This document shows positions 27,876-38,264 of a stretch of 64,000 nt of DNA, in pieces. Both the position numbers and the translations under genes were made by a program. This stretch comes from an uncultured bacterium (GTDB lineage Bacteria > Babelota > Babeliae > Babelales > JACPOV01), in the NCBI GenBank assembly GCA_963744715.1, contig CAVUUR010000006.1:32001-96000 (forward strand). Direction: 5' to 3'. Under the pieces are notes generated by a model. The model made no database searches and had not been told where the DNA came from. It saw only the letters and a program-made list of their open reading frames with translations. How positions within the stretch are numbered: position 1 is the stretch's first letter; every line of letters begins with the position of its first letter.

Positions 27876-28212
27876 CTGTTTTTTGTCATTAATTATTAAT
27901 CGCATGTACGCTTATAGTATGGAAGAAAATCAGTTTACTGATCACAGAAAAAAAGTTGCACGACAACATGCATTACAACTAGGGACATGTTTTAATTTTA
28001 ATTCCTATGTAACTAGCATGATGCCAGATAAAGTTAATAGAAAACGAATAATGAATGACATCAATGAACTTGAACTCTTACAACCCACTATATTCAAACA
28101 TGTACTAATGCATCTAAATCTGCCTGCTGTTATTACAAAAGCAAAACAAAATCATGATACTAAATTATTATATTTTCTAAACACAAAAGGTCTCATAGAT
28201 ACTGAAAAATAG
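27850..28212 (+). CDS. Small secreted hypothetical protein (paralog of next gene)
   Basis: N-terminal segment ending AYSMEE; C-terminal half similar to 28292..28651. Confidence 0.6.
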   Translation: MTKKLINLNCFLSLIINRMYAYSMEENQFTDHRKKVARQHALQLGTCFNFNSYVTSMMPDKVNRKRIMNDINELELLQPTIFKHVLMHLNLPAVITKAKQNHDTKLLYFLNTKGLIDTEK

Positions 28213-28291
28213 TACTCATTATTATGAATATTCACATTGATCTTTATACAACAAAAGGTATACTGGCCCAGTAAAATTTATTAACTTCTAC

Positions 28292-28651
28292 ATGTTCAGG
28301 GGAATTATCATGGAATTTTCAAAAAAAATACTTTTTTTACTCATAATTAATTGCGCATATTCCTATGGCATGGAAGAAACAGAAAATGAAATTGCACCAT
28401 CGACGATAGAAATCGAAATATTTACCTCTTCTATTTCCTACGTACAAGCAGGAGAAGAGGTTGCCATTATTCAAACACGACAGCAATTAATAGATGAAAT
28501 TAACGAATTTAAAGATTCAAATTTTCTTGTATTTCAAAATTCTCAAGCCGAACTAATACCAGCTATTGTTTTTACAACAGCGCAGCAAAGAGAAGATCAT
28601 GCATTATTAGAGTTTCTGGATCGAAATAATTTAACAAGTCCTTACTTGTAA
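28292..28651 (+). CDS. Small secreted hypothetical protein
   Basis: Signal ending SYGMEE; similar to the upstream ORF. Confidence 0.7.
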   Translation: MFRGIIMEFSKKILFLLIINCAYSYGMEETENEIAPSTIEIEIFTSSISYVQAGEEVAIIQTRQQLIDEINEFKDSNFLVFQNSQAELIPAIVFTTAQQREDHALLEFLDRNNLTSPYL

Positions 28652-28652
28652 A

Positions 28653-29489
28653 TCAAAATCTAATTTGGAAATCCAGAACTGCTCGTAAATCGTATGGTTG
28701 TTGATTGCCATTTAAATATTGTCCTATGGGCAATTGAAGCAGGCCTTGCAATAAGAAATCATCGCGAGTCCATGCAATTAAGGGGCCCAAAAAAGCAACA
28801 AAGCTACCGGTATTAGGAAGATCAATGCCAGCGACCCTGTTTGGTAAGAAATCATAGAAGGTCAGTTGCATAATAAAATAAAGGGTTGATTTTGAATCTT
28901 GTTTAAATTTAATAACTCTTCCTGAAGCTATTTCATATAAAAAGTTATTCCCTAATTTAAATTTATGTGCTGCTCTTGAAAAAAGAAGCATATAAAAACG
29001 ATACCCTACATACCAATCGGGAGAAACGTTGCTTCCTGATAATTCTCCAAAAAATCCATAAGAACCGGCACCGGTAACGGGCACGTGTTTAATACTTCCC
29101 GAGGGAAAAGTAACGCCCAATTTAGTAAAAACTAGAAAACGCTCCATTTTGACCGTTAAATATTTTATTCGAATAAGAATATCACTAATACCGATTGTAG
29201 ACAAATTGGGTGGTAGCGTATTAATAACCCAGAATGGTACAATAGTTTGTATACTTAATTTTTCCGTAACCCTACGAGAAACTTTTGTTTCAAGCCCGCC
29301 AAAAATCGTGTCATGTTGCTTTATATATTCAAAGTTTTGCTCGATACTCCATGGCTTATTTGGGTCAGGAGGTAATAATTGCGTTAATGCTTCCTCCAAC
29401 AGAAAACCTGGCGCCGTTGCCTGTAATGAAGTATAAAGCTGTGTTATGCCTACTAACACACAATAAAAAAACAAGCGATGTATGTTCAT
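28653..29489 (-). CDS. Putative outer-membrane beta-barrel (MetA/phenol 'transporter'-like)
   Basis: Signal peptide, GISDI..R.KY, G.TFPSG, TGAGS, amphipathic strands, terminal F. Confidence 0.65.
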   Translation of the reverse strand: MNIHRLFFYCVLVGITQLYTSLQATAPGFLLEEALTQLLPPDPNKPWSIEQNFEYIKQHDTIFGGLETKVSRRVTEKLSIQTIVPFWVINTLPPNLSTIGISDILIRIKYLTVKMERFLVFTKLGVTFPSGSIKHVPVTGAGSYGFFGELSGSNVSPDWYVGYRFYMLLFSRAAHKFKLGNNFLYEIASGRVIKFKQDSKSTLYFIMQLTFYDFLPNRVAGIDLPNTGSFVAFLGPLIAWTRDDFLLQGLLQLPIGQYLNGNQQPYDLRAVLDFQIRF

Positions 29490-29494
29490 GATGC

Positions 29495-29914
29495 TTACAG
29501 AGAATCCGCTATCTGTTTACATTGCTCACATGCTTGAGCGCATTCGGTACAAATTTGAATGAGGTCTACACAGTTATCAATGCATTCTTCATCGCCACCC
29601 TTACATTCTTTAATCATTTCGCGGCATTCTATGATGCATGCTTCACATTTCATAATGCATTCATTGCATGCTTCTTGGCAACGTTTATTTGAACAGGTTT
29701 TCATATGTTCAGTACATTGTTTAATACATTCATGGCACGCATCGATACATTGTGATGCAATACTGACACCTATACCAACTTGTTCAGAACAATCAGAATC
29801 ATTACTGATGGTGCACAAGTCTACAATACGTTGACAGCTATCGATACATTCTTCACAAATATCTATACAGGTTGTTAATGCTTTTAAGTGGGCTTGATTG
29901 ATATGTTCTTTCAT
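29495..29914 (-). CDS. Cys-rich four-helix-bundle copper storage protein (Csp3/DUF326-like)
   Basis: 24 Cys in 139 aa in CxxxCxxCxxxC helical spacing; no signal peptide. Confidence 0.75.
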   Translation of the reverse strand: MKEHINQAHLKALTTCIDICEECIDSCQRIVDLCTISNDSDCSEQVGIGVSIASQCIDACHECIKQCTEHMKTCSNKRCQEACNECIMKCEACIIECREMIKECKGGDEECIDNCVDLIQICTECAQACEQCKQIADSL

Positions 29915-30113
29915 AGAATCTCCTTTTCCAATAATAAGCGTAACGTTACTAGCACATTAATTAAAGACAATCTATCCGCCAATAAAAAATCTTAAAAAAC
30001 CTGAAAAAAAATATGCTCCAAAAAATAGTATAATTTATTGACAAACCAATAATAACTGATAATTTTAAATTATATTGTTAACATGTATGCAATTTTAAAA
30101 CTATTACAAATGG

Positions 30114-30713
30114 ATGTTATCTATGAAAAAATTGTTATTATCCGCACTCTGTATCAGTAGCTTAGCAACCACTGCTACCTACTCAGCTAACGATTTTGCA
30201 AATCAAGAATGGCGCAGTTTGGTAGGATTAATGCAAAAATGGCATGATTTAAGTCGCAATAAATGGCTACATAAAGAGGCATCAACTATATTATTAAAGA
30301 AATACTTGCAAGAAGATTTAAAAAAATTAGCAACACTATCAAATGCATCAGAGTATCAGCAAGAACTATCTTCTATTCTCAAAGAACAGAAAACTAAGAT
30401 TTCTAATAAACTATGCAACGCTATAAACTCAGTAGCAATTGCTGGGCCAATAGCACTAACTTCAGGCATTGGATTCCTTACATGTTTAGCAAAATTCTGT
30501 AATAGCCACCAAAACGATGAAATTCTATTGGGCCTTGCTGCTATAGTACTTCTGCCATTATTTATGGGTAGTTTTATCGCTACTTTAGAAAATTCTGGAG
30601 ATGTTAGGCAGTTACAAAAAGAAAAAACATTTCTTAAAGATTTTATATCTTTTGCAAAAGAACAAGAACAAAAAATATTGCAACAAAAAAATATATTACC
30701 AAATGCAGCGTAA
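30114..30713 (+). CDS. Hypothetical protein, signal peptide plus two hydrophobic segments
   Basis: 199-aa ORF, MKKLLLSALC... signal. Confidence 0.7.
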   Translation: MLSMKKLLLSALCISSLATTATYSANDFANQEWRSLVGLMQKWHDLSRNKWLHKEASTILLKKYLQEDLKKLATLSNASEYQQELSSILKEQKTKISNKLCNAINSVAIAGPIALTSGIGFLTCLAKFCNSHQNDEILLGLAAIVLLPLFMGSFIATLENSGDVRQLQKEKTFLKDFISFAKEQEQKILQQKNILPNAA

Positions 30714-30756
30714 CTAAAAAGTAAGTTTTGCTAAAAATTATCATTTTTATGGAAGT

Positions 30757-30795
30757 AAGGGCTTGTTGATTGCATATGGTCAGCAGGCCCCTTTT
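30757..30795 (+). terminator. Probable terminator
   Basis: aagggcttgttgat ... gtcagcaggcccctttt imperfect stem plus T tract. Confidence 0.55.
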
Positions 30796-30826
30796 CAATT
30801 AGTATTAAATATGTTATACTCTGTGT

Positions 30827-32801
30827 ATGAAGAAGACCTTTAAACTCCACTCACCCTTTTTACCATCTGGCAGTCAACCGAATGCCATTGAGCAATTAAC
30901 CAAAGGCCGCCCGGGCCGATCAACCCTTATTGGGGTTACCGGTTCAGGTAAAACCTTCACTATGGCTAATGTTATTGCTAATCAAAATAAACCGGTGCTT
31001 GGTGCTTGCCCCCAATAAAACATTGGCGGCACAACTCTATGAAGAGTTTTCATTATTTTTCCCCGAAAACAAGGTATGTTATTTTGTCAGCTATTATGAT
31101 TATTATCAGCCAGAATCGTATTTGCCGGCACAAGATATTTATGTAGCCAAAGAAACAAAAGTTAATAGTGAAATTGAACGGTTACGCGTTGAAGCTACTG
31201 CTTCATTAATTAATCGTCAGGACACCATTATTATTACCTCAGTTTCTTGCATTTACTCACTTGGTAATCCTTCTGATTATCGTGAACTTGCTTTTCCTCT
31301 TTCGGTTGGGCAAACAATAAAACGAGCTGATCTTATTAAACAGTTACAATTTATTCAATATAAACGAAATGATCTTGATAAAAGTTCGGGTACCTTCCAG
31401 GTACTCGGTAATACCATTGAAGTTCAATTGCCATACCAAAAAGAAAAATTACGCATCGAACTGTTTGGTGATATGATAGAAACCCTTTCATGGGTTGATA
31501 AACATAATAATACCGTGCTGATGCCTCTTGATAATACCATTATTTTTCCAGCAAAACATTTTGTAACCACCCAAGACAAAAAAAATTCGGCAATAAGCAG
31601 TATAAAAACTGAAATGGAAGAATGGGCACCAAAATTATCAAAACCGATCTATGAAGAACGAATTCGTCAGCGCGTAACGCACGATCTTGAAATGTTACAG
31701 GAAGTTGGCTATTGCTCAGGGATTGAAAATTATTCTACGCATTTTGATGGACGTTTGCCAGGACAAGCTCCATTTTGTTTATTTGATTTCTTTCCTGAAG
31801 ATTTTTTATTGATTATTGATGAATCGCATATTGCAGTTCCGCAATTACGTGGCATGTATGCAGGGGATCGCTCACGCAAACAAGCATTAATTGATTTTGG
31901 TTTTCGGCTTCCTTCGGCATTTGATAATAGACCATTACAATTTTCAGAAATTGAACGTTATTTTAATGACGTTCTTTTTGTTTCAGCCACGCCGGGTGAT
32001 TATGAATTACGCAATTCTGATTTAGTCGTTGAACAACTTATACGGCCAACGGGTCTGGTTGATCCGGTAATAGAAATTCATCCGCGCAATAATCAAATGA
32101 ATCATTTAATTGAACAAATTAAAGCGACCAAAGAAAAAGGATTTCGATCATTAGTAATGGTAATGACAAAAAAATTAGCAGAACAATTGGCAACCTATCT
32201 TGAAGAACACCATATTAAAGTGTGTTATCTGCATAGCGAAATTAAAACACCTGAACGAAGTGAAATTTTACATAAATTACGGCTGGGTGTTTTTGATTGT
32301 TTGGTTGGTGTCAATTTATTGCGAGAAGGAATTGATTTACCAGAAGTTGCACTTGTGGCCATTATGGATGCTGATGTAGAAAGTTTTTTACGTGACAAAC
32401 GTTCATTAATTCAGATTATGGGCCGAGCCGCACGAAACACTGAATCGCGTGTATTATTATACGGAGATAAAATTACTAAATCGATGCAAGCAGCGCTTGA
32501 TGAATCAAAACGGCGTCGCAGTATTCAACAGGCTTATAACGAAGCCCATAATATTACACCAGAAAGCGTTAAGCGCGAAGTTGGTAAAACCATTTCATCA
32601 TTACAAGCTTCCATTGCACTTGCTTCAAAGAAAAAAAGTAGTAAAAAAGAGGCTAAAAAATCATCGTTGCCTCTTGCTCAACAATTAGCAAATCTAGAAA
32701 AAGAGATGCAAAAAGCTGCAGAAAATCTTGATTTCGAACAAGCAATCGCATTACGTGAGCAATGGCTTACCCTAAAAAAAAATGAAATGCCTACAAAATA
32801 G
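30827..32801 (+). CDS. uvrB: Excinuclease ABC subunit B, one apparent +1 indel near 31001
   Basis: [15 protein letters not shown], then in the next frame [38 protein letters not shown]. Confidence 0.95.
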
Positions 32802-32815
32802 AAGTAAAATCTTTC

Positions 32816-33187
32816 TTAATAGATACTATGAACCTCTGAACTATGAAAATGATGCCGCATACCAGCAGAAAATTCTAACGTTACAATTTCTTGTTTCATT
32901 TCATCAGAAAGTTTATCAAAACAAATTTTAAATCCATCTATGTCATGCGCAAAGGCACTTTTTTTTGCAGGAGTATGAAGTGTTGCCACTTTTTTAAGAA
33001 TAACATTGCGAGCCTTTGGTGTTATTATGTTAAAATCGATAACATCGGGATCAACTTTTTTCCCCCTAGCATTAGTATGCGGCTTACCTGTGACAAAATA
33101 CTCATCATCCCTATACTCCATTCCCTTAATATTGGGTATCATAGTTAAAATCGGTAGTATTATATATACTAAAAAAATATACTTCAT
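32816..33187 (-). CDS. Small secreted hypothetical protein
   Basis: MKYIFLVYIILPILTMIPNIKGME signal-like N-terminus. Confidence 0.65.
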   Translation of the reverse strand: MKYIFLVYIILPILTMIPNIKGMEYRDDEYFVTGKPHTNARGKKVDPDVIDFNIITPKARNVILKKVATLHTPAKKSAFAHDIDGFKICFDKLSDEMKQEIVTLEFSAGMRHHFHSSEVHSIY

Positions 33188-33269
33188 AACATTCCTCTTT
33201 TTTTTATACAATGTTCTTTATCACCATGATAAAAATAATAAAAAAACGCAATAATTAAAAAAGAGTGTT

Positions 33270-35369
33270 ATGGAAAAAAAATATTTTTTTGGAACTGCCA
33301 GTATACTTGTGTTAATTTTTTGTATCTATTATCTTACCTTCACTAAGCAAAAGGCGTATAGCATGAATTATAGTCTCACTGAACCTCATAGTATGATTCC
33401 GGAATTATTTCCTAAAAATCCCCAAGATATTAATGACCTTGTTCATTGGATAAAAAAACAAACGACGGCCGAAATTAATAATATTTTAGCAATTCCTGAT
33501 AATCAACGCACTTTTGATAATACCGTGCGCAGACTTGATCAAGCTAAAGCATTTAATTTTTCAGTCCCTTCAAGTAGCATCGCGGTGTTAGCCTATGTAA
33601 GTAATGATGAACAAATTCGGAATACCGCACATCAAGCATTAATTTCTCTTGAAGAATATGCTATTGATACGTTTGAACAAAATATAGATCTTTATAATGC
33701 TGTTAAATCATATGCAGATACTCTCGTTGATGATAGTTCATCATTAACACAAGAACAAGACTATGCACTCAGAAAAATACTACATAATGGGCAACGCAAT
33801 GGTCTTCATTTGCCAGAGCAGCAACGCACTCGTATAAAAAAATTAAAAAAAGAACTTGCAACATTGGCCGTGGAATTTGAACGTAATATTAGTACTGATC
33901 AACGATCAATTACGGCAACCTTGGAAGAATTGCAAGGCCTCGATGCTGATTTTATCGCACAATTAAAACGGACTGATAATGGTCTTTATATTCTTGGCAC
34001 CGACTATCCAACCTATTTTATGGTTATGCAACATGCCGACAATCAATCGGTACGTAAAAATCTTTTTAGGCAATTTAGTAATCGAGCTCATCCTACCAAT
34101 TATGAATTACTCCAAAAAATCATTGCAAAACGTCATGACCTTGCAACGTTGCTAGGTTTTTCTAGTTATGCGCATTACAATATTGATACAGAAATGGCAG
34201 AATCCCCAGAGCGAGTAATAACATTTTTAAATAGCCTCATTAAAAAAGCCGCTTACAAAGAAAAACAAGAAATTGAACAATTATTGCAAGATCTTCCGCC
34301 TTCAATAACCATTGCTGCCAATAAAAAAATTAATCCGTGGGATAAAGATTATATTAATGCATACTACAAAAAAAAGCATTTCGATATTGATAATAGAGAA
34401 ATAGCAAATTATTTTCCTATGGAACATACGGTAAAAGCTCTATTATCGATATATACCTCATTTTTCGCTATTGAATTTGATCAATTACCAATACAAGGTT
34501 TGTGGGATGAACAGGTGCGCCTCATTCAAGTACGCACAACAGATAATACTATACTCGGTTATTTGTTACTTGATCTATTTCCTCGCCCTAACAAATTTAC
34601 TCATGCTTGCCAAATGACCGTAATTCCCGCATTAAAAGAAAATGCCACCATGAAACCTTCTCTAGCGGTGGTGTTGGCCAATTTTCCTAAACCAAGCGAT
34701 GATAAACCATCGTTACTTCCTCTTGAAGATGTAAGGACCTTCTTTCATGAATTTGGCCATGCATTACATGCAATTTTAGGTTCAACTGAATTGGCCTCTT
34801 GTTCCGGTACCAATGTAAAAACTGATTTTGTAGAAATGCCATCGCAGATGCTCGAACAATGGTTATGGGATCCTGAAATATTAAGAAAAACCAGCAGCCA
34901 CTATAAAACGGGACAATCGTTGCCTGATCAACTTATAGAAAAAATTATTGCTTTAAAACATTTTAGCACCGGTTCATGGTTAACGCGGCAATTATATTTT
35001 AGTTCACTTTCACTCTATTCTTTTATGCCTAATAATATAGAATCCATCGATACTATGTCCAAAAAATTATACGAACGCATTCGCATGCATGATTTATTTG
35101 ATTCTGAAGACCATCACACCGCATCATTTGGCCATTTGATGGGCTATGGAGCGGGATATTATGGTTATTTATGGGCATTAGTTTTTGCCCATGATTTATT
35201 TGCTCACATAAAAAAAGAAGGCTTATTAAATCCTGTTATTGGCACCAAATACAAAGAAAAAATACTGAGTAAAGGTGGCAGTGATGATCCAGAAAATCTT
35301 TTGGAATCATTTTTAGGAAGAAAGCCAAATGAACGCGCTTTTTTAAAAAATATGGGATTTATCAATTAG
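33270..35369 (+). CDS. M3A-family (thimet oligopeptidase-like) metallopeptidase with N-terminal signal/anchor
   Basis: FFHEFGHALH, DFVEMPSQMLE, GY.AGYYGYLW. Confidence 0.92.
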   Translation: MEKKYFFGTASILVLIFCIYYLTFTKQKAYSMNYSLTEPHSMIPELFPKNPQDINDLVHWIKKQTTAEINNILAIPDNQRTFDNTVRRLDQAKAFNFSVPSSSIAVLAYVSNDEQIRNTAHQALISLEEYAIDTFEQNIDLYNAVKSYADTLVDDSSSLTQEQDYALRKILHNGQRNGLHLPEQQRTRIKKLKKELATLAVEFERNISTDQRSITATLEELQGLDADFIAQLKRTDNGLYILGTDYPTYFMVMQHADNQSVRKNLFRQFSNRAHPTNYELLQKIIAKRHDLATLLGFSSYAHYNIDTEMAESPERVITFLNSLIKKAAYKEKQEIEQLLQDLPPSITIAANKKINPWDKDYINAYYKKKHFDIDNREIANYFPMEHTVKALLSIYTSFFAIEFDQLPIQGLWDEQVRLIQVRTTDNTILGYLLLDLFPRPNKFTHACQMTVIPALKENATMKPSLAVVLANFPKPSDDKPSLLPLEDVRTFFHEFGHALHAILGSTELASCSGTNVKTDFVEMPSQMLEQWLWDPEILRKTSSHYKTGQSLPDQLIEKIIALKHFSTGSWLTRQLYFSSLSLYSFMPNNIESIDTMSKKLYERIRMHDLFDSEDHHTASFGHLMGYGAGYYGYLWALVFAHDLFAHIKKEGLLNPVIGTKYKEKILSKGGSDDPENLLESFLGRKPNERAFLKNMGFIN

Positions 35370-35407
35370 CGCAAGACCTATTATTTTTTACCTATTTATT
35401 TTAGCTT

Positions 35408-35761
35408 TTAAACGTTGGGTCTAAAATAAACCGTACAGTATTTACTGAATCCAGGTAGACCTTCTAAATTAACCGGATTGTTATATTTAGTAATAATTTC
35501 AGCGCCACGAGGAATTACATTTTCTTCGCATGTTTTTGCAACGATATCCGAATGCTTGCTAACAAGGTTAGTGAAGAAATCATCAATTTTTTGATTAGAA
35601 TAACCTTTACTTAAAGCTTCACCCATAAAAGTTTTAACCTCTTCCTTAATCATGCTTTTTGCACGTTGCGTAATAATGTTACTCATATTTTCTGTTTTTT
35701 GTGCATACGTTACTGATGCCATCATCAAAAAACTAAGAGTTATTAATAGTGTATAACGCAT
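35408..35761 (-). CDS. Secreted hypothetical protein, single-domain member of the adjacent paralog family
   Basis: Signal peptide; IDDFF...C...ITKYNNP...CTVYF pattern. Confidence 0.7.
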   Translation of the reverse strand: MRYTLLITLSFLMMASVTYAQKTENMSNIITQRAKSMIKEEVKTFMGEALSKGYSNQKIDDFFTNLVSKHSDIVAKTCEENVIPRGAEIITKYNNPVNLEGLPGFSKYCTVYFRPNV

Positions 35762-35829
35762 AGTATTTTCCTTTTTTAACAAATGTATCTTGTCTATCCA
35801 ATTTTTCACTGCTCTTTTAAAAAACAAAT

Positions 35830-35861
35830 AAAGCTGCCCTTGAATAATAAGAGCAGCTTTT
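35830..35861 (-). terminator. Terminator-like hairpin
   Basis: aaagctgc...gcagcttt stem with a T-rich tail on the minus strand. Confidence 0.6.
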
Positions 35862-35871
35862 CTATTAACTA

Positions 35872-36564
35872 TTAGCTATTAGCACTGGCTGAAGGTTGTG
35901 ACATACTTCTATAAGGAGTAGTGTTGGTGAAAAATTTACTCATGTAATTATTAGAATTAGATTTACGTAATTTTACTGGCTTACCTTCTGTTCCAATAAG
36001 TCCGCTTGTATGGAAAGGGGTTGCATATACTTCAACTTCTGCTAAACCACCACCAGTAAGTCCTGCTTTTCCGCTCTTATTTGGGTTATTATAACGCGCA
36101 ATTGGCTCTTCATTAGGTTTTTGTACACCACCTTGAGTCACTAAGGTTACTTTTCCTTGCTTTTGTAATTTCATGAAAAATGCATTAATTTGATTTAATA
36201 TACTTTGTTCTTCTCTGCTTATTTTTGGCTTGTTCAATACAACAACGTTACTTGTTTGTTGAGATCGACCTATATTGGTACTACCGGTAAAGAATACCTT
36301 ACAGTTTTCTGCTGATCCTATCGCTCCGGTATAATCAGGATTTTCAAAGACAGCAATTGCCTTGCCTTTTTGCAGAACACTGCCGCCATGACAGTCAACG
36401 GTGACAATATTTTTATTTCCTTCAGATAAAGACTCGAAGAAGTTATCAATTTCCATCAATAACGATTTATTTAACGTAGATCCTTGATCTGCCAATGCTA
36501 TCTGATTATTGCTCACCAATAATCCTAACATGGCAAAAGTCATTATTTTTAATAGATTTTTCAT
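35872..36564 (-). CDS. Secreted two-repeat hypothetical protein (paralog 1)
   Basis: Signal peptide; LLMEIDNFFESL / ILNQINAFFMKL repeats. Confidence 0.8.
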   Translation of the reverse strand: MKNLLKIMTFAMLGLLVSNNQIALADQGSTLNKSLLMEIDNFFESLSEGNKNIVTVDCHGGSVLQKGKAIAVFENPDYTGAIGSAENCKVFFTGSTNIGRSQQTSNVVVLNKPKISREEQSILNQINAFFMKLQKQGKVTLVTQGGVQKPNEEPIARYNNPNKSGKAGLTGGGLAEVEVYATPFHTSGLIGTEGKPVKLRKSNSNNYMSKFFTNTTPYRSMSQPSASANS

Positions 36565-36803
36565 AAAAACTCCTTTTTAGAAAAAATTAATATAGTTTAC
36601 CTATAACATTTCCTTACTATTATGTATTTAATTTAATACCAATATTGCTTAAATTAAATATATCTAATAATAATTATACAGTTTGAAATAATTAAATAGC
36701 AACAATTTTTTACTATTTTTTCTGGGATATTCCTACAACCATTAATAAAGGCGTAAAATAGGCATTATTTCTTCATTGGTGCATGAATTGGGATAACGTG
36801 TAT

Positions 36804-37448
36804 TTATTTGATATTTTTAGGGGTCGCGAATACTAAAATTTCTTCTCGAGCATTGCCGATTAATGTTGATCCTTTGACGTAATTTGGATTATTATAACGG
36901 GCAACTGGATCTCCACTAGGTATCTGTGTGCCCACTTGGGACACTAGCGTTACTTTTCCCTGCTTTTGCAACGACATAAAAAAATCATTAATTTTCATTA
37001 ATACTGCCTTTTCTTGCCCACTCATTTTTACGTTGCTAGCATTAAAAAATACTTTACATTCTTTTTCAAATGGGTTACCAAATTCATCTGTACTTACATT
37101 ACCAAATTGAACTGGTTTATAATTTGGATTATCGTAACGGGCAATTAAGTTGCCCATTGAGACATTCTTTTCAATTGGATTACCAAGTTGATCAAATGAT
37201 ACACTAGGATTTTTGCCACAATTAATGGTAATGTCAGCTTTTTTAAGTGGCTTGCCAAATTTATCAACTGGGTTACCAAATTGATCAAATGATACACTTT
37301 GTTCTGGAGTAACTAATGATTTAAAGAATTTATCAATCTCCATTAATAAATCTTGATTCTTTACCTTAGTTTGAGCCAATACTATCTGATTGCTACTCAG
37401 CAATAACCCTAGCATTGAAAAAGTTATTATTCTTACTATCTTATTCAT
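36804..37448 (-). CDS. Secreted two-repeat hypothetical protein (paralog 2)
   Basis: Same architecture, with DxFGNP micro-repeats. Confidence 0.8.
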   Translation of the reverse strand: MNKIVRIITFSMLGLLLSSNQIVLAQTKVKNQDLLMEIDKFFKSLVTPEQSVSFDQFGNPVDKFGKPLKKADITINCGKNPSVSFDQLGNPIEKNVSMGNLIARYDNPNYKPVQFGNVSTDEFGNPFEKECKVFFNASNVKMSGQEKAVLMKINDFFMSLQKQGKVTLVSQVGTQIPSGDPVARYNNPNYVKGSTLIGNAREEILVFATPKNIK

Positions 37449-37541
37449 ACAAAATTCCTTTTTTTATAACACATCAACAACTATCCTATTCCTGAGGCAC
37501 ATTAAAAATGCATAAACAACAAGATTATTGCCAATGTCACC

Positions 37542-38054
37542 TTAAGGCTTCGCGAATACTAAAACTTCTTCTCGCGCACTTCCAATTGACGTTGATCCTT
37601 TAACGTAACTTGAATTGTTATAATGGGCAACCGGATCTCCACCAGGTATCTGTGTGCCCACTTGAGACACTAACGTTACTTTTCCCTGCTTTTGCAACGA
37701 CATAAAAAAATCATTAATTTTCATTAATACTGATTTTTCTTGCTCACTCATTTTTGCGTTTGCCTTATCATCTAAAAATACTCTACATTCTTTTGCTTTG
37801 CCTAGCATCGCCATCACTCCAGCCCCTTCTGCCTGCAGATATTTTAAATTACTATAACTAGCAATTGCATCATTATTATGCATATTAGTGGGCAATCGAA
37901 CACCGCAATAAACAGAAACACCTGACAATGAATTGAAAAAATTATCAATTTCCTTTAATAAATCTTGGTTCTTTATCTGAGCCAATACTATCTGATTGCT
38001 ACTCAGCAATAATCCCAGCATTGCAAAAGTCATTATTCTTACTATCTTATTCAT
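37542..38054 (-). CDS. Secreted two-repeat hypothetical protein (paralog 3)
   Basis: N- and C-termini nearly identical to paralog 2. Confidence 0.8.
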   Translation of the reverse strand: MNKIVRIMTFAMLGLLLSSNQIVLAQIKNQDLLKEIDNFFNSLSGVSVYCGVRLPTNMHNNDAIASYSNLKYLQAEGAGVMAMLGKAKECRVFLDDKANAKMSEQEKSVLMKINDFFMSLQKQGKVTLVSQVGTQIPGGDPVAHYNNSSYVKGSTSIGSAREEVLVFAKP

Positions 38055-38264
38055 ACCAAAATCTCCTAATACTTTTTATCGCTACTATAGAATTAAATTA
38101 TTTTATAATAAATTTTAATATAATTTTATATCTACTATTATTATACAGCTTGAAACAATAAAATAGCAATAGTTTTTACTATTTTTTACTGGATATGTTC
38201 AACGTGGTTCGTTACACTAAATGCAAAGAATTTTTATAGTTACTATTATGGCAAAATCTGAACT

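Larger units (their letters stand above)
36660..38196 (-). repeat. Duplicated ~70-bp promoter region (36660..36730 and 38128..38196)
   Basis: attatacag(t/c)ttgaaa..a.taaatagcaa.a.ttttt.actattttt..ggatat in both copies; the minus strand reads TTGCTA-18 nt-TATAAT. Confidence 0.75.

Noticed and set aside
29559..29834. His/Met/Ser-rich plus-strand ORF
   Set aside because: Antisense shadow of the Cys-rich gene.
30990..31010. Programmed frameshift in uvrB
   Set aside because: No slippery motif; an extra G in cttggtg (expected ctt gtg) looks like an indel error.
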